Origin: a virus
Lineage: Duplodnaviria; Caudoviricetes
Reading direction: 5' to 3' (one strand)
DNA: 64,000 nucleotides
Virus record (IMG/VR): IMGVR_UViG_3300006056_000027
Span: 1-64,000 of that record
Shown in pieces: positions 26,891-36,090 of this stretch. The notes beneath the pieces were generated by a model. That model searched no databases. It had not been told where the DNA came from and saw only the letters and a program-made list of their open reading frames with translations. Position numbers and translations under genes: made by a program. Position 1 is the stretch's first letter. Every line of letters begins with the position of its first letter.

Positions 26891-28381
26891 ATGGCTGCGT
26901 TAAATCGGAAACCAGTTGCTGCTCGCGTAGTGACTCCTGCTCCAAAAATGGGATTATCTGGTAATGGTAATCTTCAATATGTTAAATCAGATAAGTTGAT
27001 GCTTGTAGAAATTGCAACATCAGTTCTGTATGGTAAAGATCAGTTTTATAATTCTGCTGATCAATTATCTACTAATGCTATTAAAGCTATTAACGCATTG
27101 GTATCACATAACGAATTAGATTATGTTGCAAATACATGTTTGTTTGCTCGTAAAGTTATGGATATGAGAACTTATCCTATTGTTATTGCTGTTCAGTTTG
27201 CTAAAGCATTGCGTACACATGACAAGTCTTACTCTCTTCTACGTACATTGATTCGTGATGTTATTACTCGTGCAGACGAATTGTCTGAACTGTATGCTTA
27301 TGCATTAACTGTATTCGGTAGCAAGAAAGCTGTTCCATTGGCTATTAAGAAAGGTGTTGCTGATGCCTTTAATAAGTTTGATGAGTATGCTTTAGGTAAA
27401 TATAATAGCAAAAACAAAGCTGTTACATTAAAAGACTTATTGCGTATTGTTCATCCAGTGCCAGTAGATGAAGTACATAGCCAATTGTTCTCTAAGATTA
27501 TGACTGATACTGTTGCAACTCCTTATACATGGGAAACAGAATTTAGCCGTAATGGTCAATTGCACGTAAGAGAGCAAAAGACCAAGAACCAAATTTGGAA
27601 TGAATTATTTAATTCTGGCAAGTTGGGCTATATGGCTTTGTTACGTAATCTGCGTAATATTGAAACTGAATGCGACTCTACCTTTATTAAGAGAGTTGCA
27701 GAACGTATTCAAAATGAAGATCAAGTTGCTCGTTCAAAACAATTTCCTTATGCGTTTTTAACCGCCTTAGAAAATGTTACTAATGGCGTATTAAGACAAG
27801 CATTGAATATTGCTTTAATGCATTCCTGTTCAAATATTCCTAATCTTGGAAACAAGATCTGTATTATTTTTGATAAGTCAGGTTCAATGGGAAGTTTTGA
27901 AACTAAGTCGGCAATGCAAAGCGCTGGTATTTTTGCTTCTGCAATAATCAGATCTCATCAAGATTCACAATCAATTCATTTGTGCACATTTGCGTCATCT
28001 GCTCACTTGAATACTGATGCTCGTCCTTTAAATACATTTGAGTCTGTAAGAACTTATGTGTCTAATAAAAGTGTTGGTGGGTCTACTGCATTCGAAGCTG
28101 CTCTTAACTCTACAAGAGGACAGGATTATGATGCAGTGTTTGTATTGTCGGATGGTGATGTTAACCAAACTTCATTATCACGTGTAAACAATGTATGGCC
28201 AAAGGCTACTAAAGTTATTTTTAATTTTAATGGTTCTCCAACGACTCCATTTAAAGAAGGTAATTCAGTATTCTTAACTGGTCTAAGTGGTAAAATCTTC
28301 CAATATCTTAAATTCCTCAAATCTATTAATGGAATTGTGGACTTGATTGATACTGGATATAACCAATTTCCAGTGGTCTAA
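26891..28381 (+). CDS. Ro60/Rsr TROVE-domain RNA-binding protein with vWA domain
   Basis: KKGVADAFNKFDEYALGKY, LKDLLRIVHP, PYTWETE, GYMALLRNLRN, SKQFPY, DKSGSM. Confidence 0.93.
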   Translation: MAALNRKPVAARVVTPAPKMGLSGNGNLQYVKSDKLMLVEIATSVLYGKDQFYNSADQLSTNAIKAINALVSHNELDYVANTCLFARKVMDMRTYPIVIAVQFAKALRTHDKSYSLLRTLIRDVITRADELSELYAYALTVFGSKKAVPLAIKKGVADAFNKFDEYALGKYNSKNKAVTLKDLLRIVHPVPVDEVHSQLFSKIMTDTVATPYTWETEFSRNGQLHVREQKTKNQIWNELFNSGKLGYMALLRNLRNIETECDSTFIKRVAERIQNEDQVARSKQFPYAFLTALENVTNGVLRQALNIALMHSCSNIPNLGNKICIIFDKSGSMGSFETKSAMQSAGIFASAIIRSHQDSQSIHLCTFASSAHLNTDARPLNTFESVRTYVSNKSVGGSTAFEAALNSTRGQDYDAVFVLSDGDVNQTSLSRVNNVWPKATKVIFNFNGSPTTPFKEGNSVFLTGLSGKIFQYLKFLKSINGIVDLIDTGYNQFPVV

Positions 28382-28404
28382 ACGGGATTTTTAGGCTATA
28401 ATTT

Positions 28405-28476
28405 GTTCTAGAGTAAACTGATAAACAAATAGTGTGTACAATTAATTATTGTCTTTATTTGTTATTACTCTAGAAC
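28405..28476 (+). ncRNA. Long bulged hairpin directly downstream of Ro60
   Basis: 12-bp GTTCTAGAGTAA/TTACTCTAGAAC plus inner 9-bp and 5-bp stems; TATAAT at 28397-28402. Confidence 0.55.
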
Positions 28477-28596
28477 CAAGCTTGACGAATATGAGGCGGT
28501 GCTGAACCAAACACATTGTAGTCACATTGATAATATTAAATGGACCTAGTGATCCAGGCTAGTTGGTATATCCGTAGCAACTCAGATTGGAACTTC

Positions 28597-29264
28597 AACT
28601 GTTAATTAACAGTTTTTATTATAAAATTCACGAAACATGCACCCACAGGCACACCGCGACCTGCAGTCATTCCGATTTTAATCTCAGAGAGATACAATCG
28701 GTCTGACGTGCAGTCGCTAAGTGCCTCAGGGTTCCTTAATCGTGACAACTATTTCTAGTTGGCCTTTAAAATAACTATTTAGTTATATTTATTTTAAGAA
28801 TCACAGTAAGTAATTTTCAGGAACCTAATTGATCTGTCCACTTATGCTCACGCAACGTTACCAATCAATTAGGAACCTGAAATTTATACTGTGACTATCA
28901 TTACGGTAGATCTTTAAAACAACAACATTAATCAGCATTGTCTGATATTTATTCAACTATTCACCAAGTCCAAATTAAATCAGCACGTGTCCCAGAGCCC
29001 GTTTCACTAAAGTTGCACTACCTCTGGAGACACCAGCTGATTTAATTTTGTTTGGTGACAACTATTTCTAGTTGATCTTGATTCGTATTTATGTATGAGT
29101 CTTGTGAGCAATTAAATAATTGCTTTTATTTAGAGCAATCTTCGTTCATTGAAGGACGTAAATCCTGTCCATCCAACAGATGGATGGAGCTCCTTTGAAA
29201 GAAAAGGCGCGTCGCATCTGAAGGTAGACTTCAGATCAGAATTTAGTCTTCAATGAACGAAGAT
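28597..29264 (+). repeat. Array of four structured units: short hairpin-TTTATT-7 nt-long hairpin(-short hairpin)
   Basis: Long stems start at 28628, 28801, 28961, 29138; exact 20-nt repeat GTGACAACTATTTCTAGTTG at 28742 and 29055. Confidence 0.8.
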
Positions 29265-29595
29265 CCTGGGGCCCCTCCCTTCAGGTATTCATAAGTTCGG
29301 ATCCGACGGAAGTCGATGACCGAACTTTCATGAAATCCCAGAAGGAGCGCCTGCAGAGCTGATGCTAGAAAATTAAAATTTTCTCATCGAGCTCTACTGG
29401 GATGACCTGCATGCATAACTAGTTATATAACTATAACCTTAGTTATGTGCAGGTAGGTTATTGCGGTCAATTATAAATTAAATCTATATGTATATATCAA
29501 TCTTATTGGAAAGGATTTCCATTATGAGAATTGATAGTTCGAGCCATTATATGGTCTTGTACAAGACCGTATTTAAGATTTGATTTCGACCGTAC
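29265..29595 (+). ncRNA. Chain of consecutive hairpins (putative ncRNA or structured DNA)
   Basis: Four back-to-back stems, one of them multibranched; no ORF. Confidence 0.55.
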
Positions 29596-29617
29596 ATCGA
29601 CCTAACTTAACTCACAC

Positions 29618-29645
29618 AAAGGCTTACTTCGGTAGGCCTTTTTTA
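29618..29645 (+). terminator. Intrinsic terminator
   Basis: AAAGGCTTAC-TTCG-GTAGGCCTTT followed by a T run. Confidence 0.85.
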
Positions 29646-29668
29646 TTATCTATTAAAGAAAAGCATGT

Positions 29669-30244
29669 ATGAAACATTTGGCAGGTCACGATCATGTAAT
29701 GATTGATTGTGAAACACTAGATATAACTAATTCACCAGTTGTATTTTCACTCTCAGCAATAAAATTTGATATTGATTCGGTAAATGAAAAAGAAGAATTT
29801 GATGCTAATAACTTAAATCATTTTCACATAGCTTTAAAATTTGATGATCAGATTAAAAAAGGTTTTGATGTTGGATCTTCAGCATTAGCCTTTCACTTAA
29901 AAACTTGTCCAGCTTATCTATTGAATTGTATTAACGGATCAGATATTCGATTAGTTGATACAGCAACTGGCCTAATGATGTTTACAGAATTTGTAAAGGA
30001 TTTTAATAATCCAATGTTCTGGACTGCAGGGGCAATCAATGATCATGTATGGATAGACAATTTATATACAGCGTATGGTTTAAGAAATCCTATGCCATAC
30101 AATAAAAGATTTTGTTTTAGAACTATTAGAGAAGCCTTTCACGGTATGAGTCCGCGTTATGTTAATGATCATAATTCGTTTAGTGACTCTGTGAATCAGG
30201 CTATTGCGTTACAACAAATCTATAAAGGAGTTGTTGGCGAATGA
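29669..30244 (+). CDS. DEDDh 3'-5' exonuclease
   Basis: VMIDCETL...NDHVWI...HNSFSDS. Confidence 0.8.
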   Translation: MKHLAGHDHVMIDCETLDITNSPVVFSLSAIKFDIDSVNEKEEFDANNLNHFHIALKFDDQIKKGFDVGSSALAFHLKTCPAYLLNCINGSDIRLVDTATGLMMFTEFVKDFNNPMFWTAGAINDHVWIDNLYTAYGLRNPMPYNKRFCFRTIREAFHGMSPRYVNDHNSFSDSVNQAIALQQIYKGVVGE

Positions 30245-31212
30245 AAGAATATATTGATTTATCAAATAGAATTTTAGAATTTGGCGAAGTAAGACAAGAC
30301 AGAACTGGTGTTGGTACTGTTAGCTTATTTGGCGAAAAAATGGTTTTTGATTTACTTGATGGCTTTACTGCTGTAACAACTAAATTAGTTTACTGTAAAA
30401 CAGCTATTAAGGAAGGGCTATGGATCTGTAGTGGATCTACTAGTAACCTAGACTTAAAAGCACAAAAGGTTTCTATATGGGATGAATGGGCTTTACCTAA
30501 TGGTGAGCTTGGACCTATATATGGGAAACAGTTAAGAGATTTTAATGGTGTTGATCAATTGGCTATGCTTGTTGAAGGATTAAAAAATAAACCTTTTTCG
30601 CGTAGACATATTATTTCCTATTGGAATCCAGAAGTATTACCATTTGAAAACTTAAGTCCACAAGACAATGTAGAGTTGGGATTGCAAGCGTTACCACCTT
30701 GTCATGCCTTTGCTCAATGGTATGTTTCAAATGCTGATAATTATGACAGAGTTCGTTATATGCATTATCTCAATGTTATTGAGCGCATACAAATGACTGA
30801 TGAAGAATTGTTCTTATCGCATAATCAGGAAAATTATAATACAGGCAAGATGAACCAGATTCTTGATAACTATAAGATTCCAAAACTTAAACTAAGTTGC
30901 CAGTTGTATCAGAGATCGGCCGACGTCGTACTCGGTATTCCGTTCAACTTAGTAATGTACCCAATGTTGACTATGATGCTGGCTCAACAATGTGGGTTTA
31001 TACATGGTATGTATCATCATGTTATTGGTGATGCTCATGTTTATTTAAATCATGTCGAAGCATTCAAAGAACAATTATCTCGTGATCCTTATCCTAGACC
31101 GATATTAAAGATAAACAATTTAGTTGAATCTGTTTTTGATTATAAAGCAGATGACTTTGAGCTGATCGACTATCAGCATCATGAACCTATCTCGTATGCA
31201 GTTGCAACGTAG
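30241..31212 (+). CDS. thyA: Thymidylate synthase
   Basis: DRTGVGT, LPPCH, QRSAD, PFN, GDAHVY. Confidence 0.96.
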   Translation: MKEYIDLSNRILEFGEVRQDRTGVGTVSLFGEKMVFDLLDGFTAVTTKLVYCKTAIKEGLWICSGSTSNLDLKAQKVSIWDEWALPNGELGPIYGKQLRDFNGVDQLAMLVEGLKNKPFSRRHIISYWNPEVLPFENLSPQDNVELGLQALPPCHAFAQWYVSNADNYDRVRYMHYLNVIERIQMTDEELFLSHNQENYNTGKMNQILDNYKIPKLKLSCQLYQRSADVVLGIPFNLVMYPMLTMMLAQQCGFIHGMYHHVIGDAHVYLNHVEAFKEQLSRDPYPRPILKINNLVESVFDYKADDFELIDYQHHEPISYAVAT

Positions 31213-31264
31213 GAATTTCATAAATGGATTTTTAACTTTCGTATAATTAAGGAACATTTCTTTC

Positions 31265-31795
31265 ATGAAGAAAATTGCTCTTATCTCTTTCGGTATTGCA
31301 GATGGCTATTGCAGTCCCCATTCATCACGTTTAATTAATAATGGCCCAGAACTATATGCTAAGGTTTTAGAAACCTTAAAAGGTTCTGATAAAACTCTTG
31401 GCGCTTATGTTGCTGTAAATAATCCTGCTGATACAACTAAAATGGTTGATATTAGCAAGACATTGCCTTCTACAAAAATCATTAATATTAAGTTGTGCAC
31501 TGATGACTTTTTACATGTTAATAATGAGCTAAGTTTGACAGACTATTCTGGTGACACCATGTTGTTTAATGGTAATCAACTAGATTTTATATTACGTCCG
31601 CAAGATTATGATATTCATATTTGTGGTATTGATATTAATGGCATCTTTGTTAGCGCAATAGATCAACTGTTGTCTCTTGGATATCATGTAACTATTTATA
31701 GCGATATGATTAAGCCATTTAGTAAAAAAACAATTACTCATATTAAGAGTAGTAATGTTAAATTTGTTAGTGCAAAAAGTGTATGTCTAAAATAA
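31265..31795 (+). CDS. Isochorismatase/nicotinamidase-like fold, divergent
   Basis: IHICGIDING...LGYHVTIYSD resembles the cysteine-hydrolase core; catalytic Cys not evident. Confidence 0.4.
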   Translation: MKKIALISFGIADGYCSPHSSRLINNGPELYAKVLETLKGSDKTLGAYVAVNNPADTTKMVDISKTLPSTKIINIKLCTDDFLHVNNELSLTDYSGDTMLFNGNQLDFILRPQDYDIHICGIDINGIFVSAIDQLLSLGYHVTIYSDMIKPFSKKTITHIKSSNVKFVSAKSVCLK

Positions 31796-31966
31796 ATGAT
31801 ATTTCCGCTATGGACATTTATTCTATGTCTCGTTCAAGTTTGGTAAATCATATTCGGTTTATTAAACGCGAACTTGCCAAGGACAAATTTGACACGGATG
31901 AAGACAAAGAGTTTCATCAACATATGCTTACTTCTCTTGAAGAAGAGTTGGAAATGCGGGAATGAT

Positions 31967-32596
31967 ATGAAAATCACACTAATAGTTGCATGTGATGAAA
32001 ATGGCGCTATAGGTAAAAATAATACTTTGCCTTGGCGAATTCCTAGTGAATTAAAACATTTTAAAAAATATACAGATGGCAAGATTGTTGTTTGTGGTAG
32101 AAAAACTTTTGAATCTCTACCTTTCTTATTGAAGAATAGACATATGTTTGTCTTATCTAAAAATGAGAAAACTCTTGATCTCATGCAAGAACGTGCAGAT
32201 TTGTTTAAAGAAAAGAATCAACAAGATCCTCCTTTCTGTGCATTAGTAAAATCTATGTCGCAATTTATTGAGACATATGATGGCTGGTTTGCAGATACTC
32301 ATGAGGAGATATGTATTATAGGTGGAGCATTCATATATGAACTGTTTTACCCATATGCAGATAAAGTTGTTTATACGTTAGTGCATACTAGTATTGACGG
32401 TGCTGATGCTTTTTTTGAAAAACCTAATAAGGCAATTTGGAGTATAACTAATACTCTGGCCACGCAGGTTCAGGAAGAAGGCGATGAATTTCCTTATTCA
32501 ATTTATGAAGTAACGAAAAACAAATCGGCGGAAATTATTTCTATGAAAACACGTAAAGTGCTTACAGATGTGGAAATAATGAAATTAAGAATGTAA
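31967..32596 (+). CDS. folA: Dihydrofolate reductase
   Basis: IGKNNTLPW, GRKTFESL, IIGGAFIY, GADAFF. Confidence 0.93.
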   Translation: MKITLIVACDENGAIGKNNTLPWRIPSELKHFKKYTDGKIVVCGRKTFESLPFLLKNRHMFVLSKNEKTLDLMQERADLFKEKNQQDPPFCALVKSMSQFIETYDGWFADTHEEICIIGGAFIYELFYPYADKVVYTLVHTSIDGADAFFEKPNKAIWSITNTLATQVQEEGDEFPYSIYEVTKNKSAEIISMKTRKVLTDVEIMKLRM

Positions 32597-32631
32597 TTTT
32601 TATTGTAAGTTTAGACGGTTAGGAGTAAAAT

Positions 32632-33006
32632 ATGGCATTGCCATTATTGAACGGTTCAGTTGTAAAAATTTGGCACGGCACACGTGGCCACGATTATGTT
32701 GTTGTTTGTATTGATAGAAATGCTAAGAAAATTGGCCTATTGAAACACACCACAATTAACTATGATGGCTCTATTCACGGAGCAGTCACAGGTGTGCGTA
32801 AATGGATTCCTTATGAAGAATTAGGAACACAAAAAATTGTCCCACGTATCGCGAGAGTGGTAGGCGTAAGACAAATTGATAGTACACAATTAGCAAACTT
32901 CTTTAGCGAAATTGGCGTTACTAATGTTGCTGCTGTTGGCCATGTACACAATGTTGTAACTGCCATCGACACAGCTAATGATGCTCGTCAATTCGCTATG
33001 TTGTAA
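32632..33006 (+). CDS. Hypothetical protein
   Basis: SD AGGAG. Confidence 0.6.
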   Translation: MALPLLNGSVVKIWHGTRGHDYVVVCIDRNAKKIGLLKHTTINYDGSIHGAVTGVRKWIPYEELGTQKIVPRIARVVGVRQIDSTQLANFFSEIGVTNVAAVGHVHNVVTAIDTANDARQFAML

Positions 33007-33020
33007 TACATAGGTAGATA

Positions 33021-33407
33021 ATGACTCAGAATATTTCTGTACAATATTTCCCGCCTAAAGGTGATGCAAAACCTTCAGATTTAGGTGGTGGATATGTTAC
33101 TAGTGGAATTTTAAAAACAAGTTTTAGACTTGTTAAGACAGATAAGAATGAACATGGATTCTTTCCTTCTTTCCCTAGTAAGAAAAACGAAACAACAGGT
33201 GAATGGAAAGAACTTGTTGAATTCCCTAATGGGGAAGCAAAAGAACAGTTTATTGCGCTCGTCAAGGATAAAATCCAAGCTGGCGGAGGTAATAGACCAA
33301 CTCAAGCTACAGGGCAACGTCCAGCTACGGCTGCTACTGCTAATAATATTGCTCGTCAAAAACCTCCAGCAATGGGCGTTCCTGGTGAGACTGGTATTCC
33401 TTGGTAA
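33021..33407 (+). CDS. SpoVG-like / SSB-like nucleic acid-binding protein
   Basis: GFFPSFPSKK..GEWKE motif, disordered tail ending IPW. Confidence 0.6.
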   Translation: MTQNISVQYFPPKGDAKPSDLGGGYVTSGILKTSFRLVKTDKNEHGFFPSFPSKKNETTGEWKELVEFPNGEAKEQFIALVKDKIQAGGGNRPTQATGQRPATAATANNIARQKPPAMGVPGETGIPW

Positions 33408-33413
33408 TAGCTA

Positions 33414-33878
33414 ATGACGGATGTGCAAAAGAATTTAACTAGTTCACAATTCACATTATTTAAAGGTAAGTCTGCAATGAGAATGCAGCTCCAGAAACCA
33501 GAACGTCTCATTGAAGACAAGTATAAGACTGGCTGTATATTCTTGCAGATGGCTCCATTTAAAGAAGAAAAAAACGGAACACGCATATACTCTTGGGAAG
33601 ATCTAAAGATTTCAGTTAAACTTGGAATTAATGATTTAACTCAATTGATATACGCTTTTGATTCTGGCGGAGAAACTAATCTATTTCATCAATTTAACGA
33701 AAGCACTAAAACTATTGCTTTAAAAGTTAATGGTGATAGAGGATGGTTCTTATCTATTAATGAATCAAAAAAAGATGGAACTAAGTCAAACTTAAGCATT
33801 CCTGTTTCAAGGGAAGAAGGATACGCAGTATCTATAATGTTGAAAACAGCATTACCTCTTCTTCATAATTGGTTTTAA
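33414..33878 (+). CDS. Whirly-like ssDNA-binding protein
   Basis: FKGKSAM, IFLQMAP, IYSW, LFH, SIPVS...ALPLLHNW parallel the Whirly-domain motifs KGKAAL, YDW and IPxT. Confidence 0.65.
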   Translation: MTDVQKNLTSSQFTLFKGKSAMRMQLQKPERLIEDKYKTGCIFLQMAPFKEEKNGTRIYSWEDLKISVKLGINDLTQLIYAFDSGGETNLFHQFNESTKTIALKVNGDRGWFLSINESKKDGTKSNLSIPVSREEGYAVSIMLKTALPLLHNWF

Positions 33879-33900
33879 TTTTAATAGAAGGTAAATTTTC

Positions 33901-34167
33901 ATGGCTAATGAAAACAAAGCTCTTGCAAAACTGTCAGCAGCAGCAGCTCTAGCGGGTGTAAGTGCGGCAGCAAAAGCAGCAGCAGCAGCAAAGGTAGTAG
34001 CAGCAGCTGTTCCACAAAAAGCAAATCCGTTAGCGGCATTTGTTAAAACTACTCCTGCTGTCAAAGCGATTCAGGATTCAGTAAACGTATTTGATGTTCA
34101 AGCTGTTAAAAGCATTGAGATCATTGTACGTATTAATGGCAAAGACAACGTAGTGTTTTCACTATAA
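33901..34167 (+). CDS. Ala-rich hypothetical protein
   Basis: SD GAAGGT. Confidence 0.6.
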   Translation: MANENKALAKLSAAAALAGVSAAAKAAAAAKVVAAAVPQKANPLAAFVKTTPAVKAIQDSVNVFDVQAVKSIEIIVRINGKDNVVFSL

Positions 34168-34206
34168 TTGTCACAATCAATCAAAAATTTTTAGAAGGTA
34201 TTATTC

Positions 34207-34398
34207 ATGTCTAAGTCAATTCGCGTTATTTACGGTACAGAAATAGATCAAGTCGTTGATGGCGATTCAAAACCAGCAGATATCATTGCTGCATTAACCC
34301 CAACTTACAAAGAGTTAGCTGACTCCGAGTTCACATTGAAAGATGAAGGCGATTACAATGTAATGCGCATCACCTTGAAACAAGGCCGTAAAGCTTAA
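34207..34398 (+). CDS. Prokaryotic ubiquitin-like protein (PRTRC protein C-like)
   Basis: 63 aa, TYKEL motif, C-terminal GRKA; upstream of E2/JAB/E1. Confidence 0.6.
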   Translation: MSKSIRVIYGTEIDQVVDGDSKPADIIAALTPTYKELADSEFTLKDEGDYNVMRITLKQGRKA

Positions 34399-34418
34399 TA
34401 AGCTGGTCTTGGGGGATT

Positions 34419-34448
34419 AAGGGGCGTAACTGCCCCTTTTATTTTTTA
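34419..34448 (+). terminator. Intrinsic terminator after Ubl gene
   Basis: AAGGGGC/GCCCCTT plus T-rich tail. Confidence 0.7.
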
Positions 34449-34744
34449 TGCAAACTACACAATCCTTACTTGATTTATTTAAGACATTTTCCCATTCTTT
34501 GAAGGGCTCTAATCTACCACAGCAAGTTGTGGATTTTATTGAATTAATGTCCACTGCTAAATATTCAACCTTTTTAGATGAGGAAAAAACAAAAGTATAT
34601 AGCGAGCTAGATATTGTTGCTGCCATTAATGGTATGGGCGACTTTAATAGATCGTGTAAAGTATCTGTTCTTCACTTTTCTAGAATAAAAAAATATATAG
34701 CCAATCTCCCTTCCTTTACTGATCCTCAAGAGGATTACGTTTAA
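34448..34744 (+). CDS. Hypothetical protein
   Basis: Coupled to the next gene (TAATG). Confidence 0.55.
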   Translation: MQTTQSLLDLFKTFSHSLKGSNLPQQVVDFIELMSTAKYSTFLDEEKTKVYSELDIVAAINGMGDFNRSCKVSVLHFSRIKKYIANLPSFTDPQEDYV

Positions 34745-36090
34745 TGACAATTACCGCTAGGGACATTGTTAACTTTCCGAGTTACATGTCATTCTTTTTC
34801 ACTGGAGCGTATTCTAATTCTAATGGATACTCTACTAGGAACATCGCACCGAATCTCTCTGATATCAAAGATATCTGTAGTAAGACTTCAAAGCTACTAA
34901 ATAATATTGTAAAAACAAACTTAGATGCTGTTACTGGCATTAAAGACTCTTCAACTACTCCTGCTGTTCATATTAATAGATTCAATATTTCCTTATTTGA
35001 TCCAGAATTAACTTTGATTAAAAGTAGAAGAAGAACTGCCTCAACTTATCATGACGTCACTATGGGTGACTATTGCAATTATGAACTTACGTTTTCTTGT
35101 AAGCATCATATGTATGCACGTCTTGGCGCTAATCCAGTTGACTGTACGTCTCCTGATGCATTAAAGCTTATTCTTGCCAATATATTTGGATTTGATTTTT
35201 CTATTCAGAATGATTTTGGAAGATTTGATAACAAATATGAATATACAAATGTTCAGACCTATTATAAGAATGCTGTAGAGAAGATGAAAAAAGGCGAAGT
35301 ATTTATTTACGGATTCTTTTCTCCTGATGAGGCTATAGGTTTATTAACTAACCGTCAGAAATTAATAGGTTCTATTGACTCTTTAGCTGCTTCTAGTCTT
35401 AGACCAATGATGGACTTGTCTCATCTTAGCAATGTTACATTATCGCCTTTGATGTCTCCAAAAGGACTTTCAAGATCTTATTTTACTTCTAATGTGTCTG
35501 CTAATTTGACACCTCTTGATATTGTTAAGCCTACAACTATGGTTCCTTTAAGAGCTTCTAGGTACTTAATTGAGACTGGTCATTCAGATGTATTAAATTC
35601 TACTTATAAGATTTCAGATGTTGTAATTAATTTTAATTGTCAAAATATTAAAGATCATTTTGTTTTGTCTCCAAATATCTTTACCAAGATTAGTAAGTCC
35701 TTATTGTCTCTTCAGGAGACTACTCAAGTTCCTGATAACATGATGGTATTTGCTCCAGCTGCTGCTCGTAATTATAATAACAGATTGTCTTCTGAGTTCT
35801 TTAGAGCTATTACAGAAGAGAAGATGTATAACCGTGCTGCTGGTGGATATATCACTGCAAAGAATCTTTGCGATGTTTCTTTTGCACTTGGTGGTGGTAA
35901 GTTTGTTACATTTATTATTACTGATATACCTAATTTGTTTGATCATAAACTTGATCTTAGTGTCAGTATGAATCTTAAATTTCATAATGATTTTTTTAAA
36001 GATTCTAATTCCGTGTCACAAGGGATGACTTCATTGGTTGAAACTATAAATGAAGCATTTATAAAAAAGGAGCCTGTTACTAATGGCTAA
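34744..36090 (+). CDS. Hypothetical protein in Ubl operon (448 aa)
   Basis: Long ORF translationally coupled to the E2-like gene. Confidence 0.7.
   Translation: MTITARDIVNFPSYMSFFFTGAYSNSNGYSTRNIAPNLSDIKDICSKTSKLLNNIVKTNLDAVTGIKDSSTTPAVHINRFNISLFDPELTLIKSRRRTASTYHDVTMGDYCNYELTFSCKHHMYARLGANPVDCTSPDALKLILANIFGFDFSIQNDFGRFDNKYEYTNVQTYYKNAVEKMKKGEVFIYGFFSPDEAIGLLTNRQKLIGSIDSLAASSLRPMMDLSHLSNVTLSPLMSPKGLSRSYFTSNVSANLTPLDIVKPTTMVPLRASRYLIETGHSDVLNSTYKISDVVINFNCQNIKDHFVLSPNIFTKISKSLLSLQETTQVPDNMMVFAPAAARNYNNRLSSEFFRAITEEKMYNRAAGGYITAKNLCDVSFALGGGKFVTFIITDIPNLFDHKLDLSVSMNLKFHNDFFKDSNSVSQGMTSLVETINEAFIKKEPVTNG

Noticed and set aside
28597-29264. Canonical CRISPR array
   Set aside because: Only two exact repeat copies; intervals are 100+ nt and self-complementary; no cas1/cas2 or effector. 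The Cas4-like genes sit in the replication module, as is common in phages.
30720-30890. Insertion in ThyA as a possible intein or intron
   Set aside because: In-frame ~55 aa loop insertion without splicing motifs; such insertions are common in phage ThyA.
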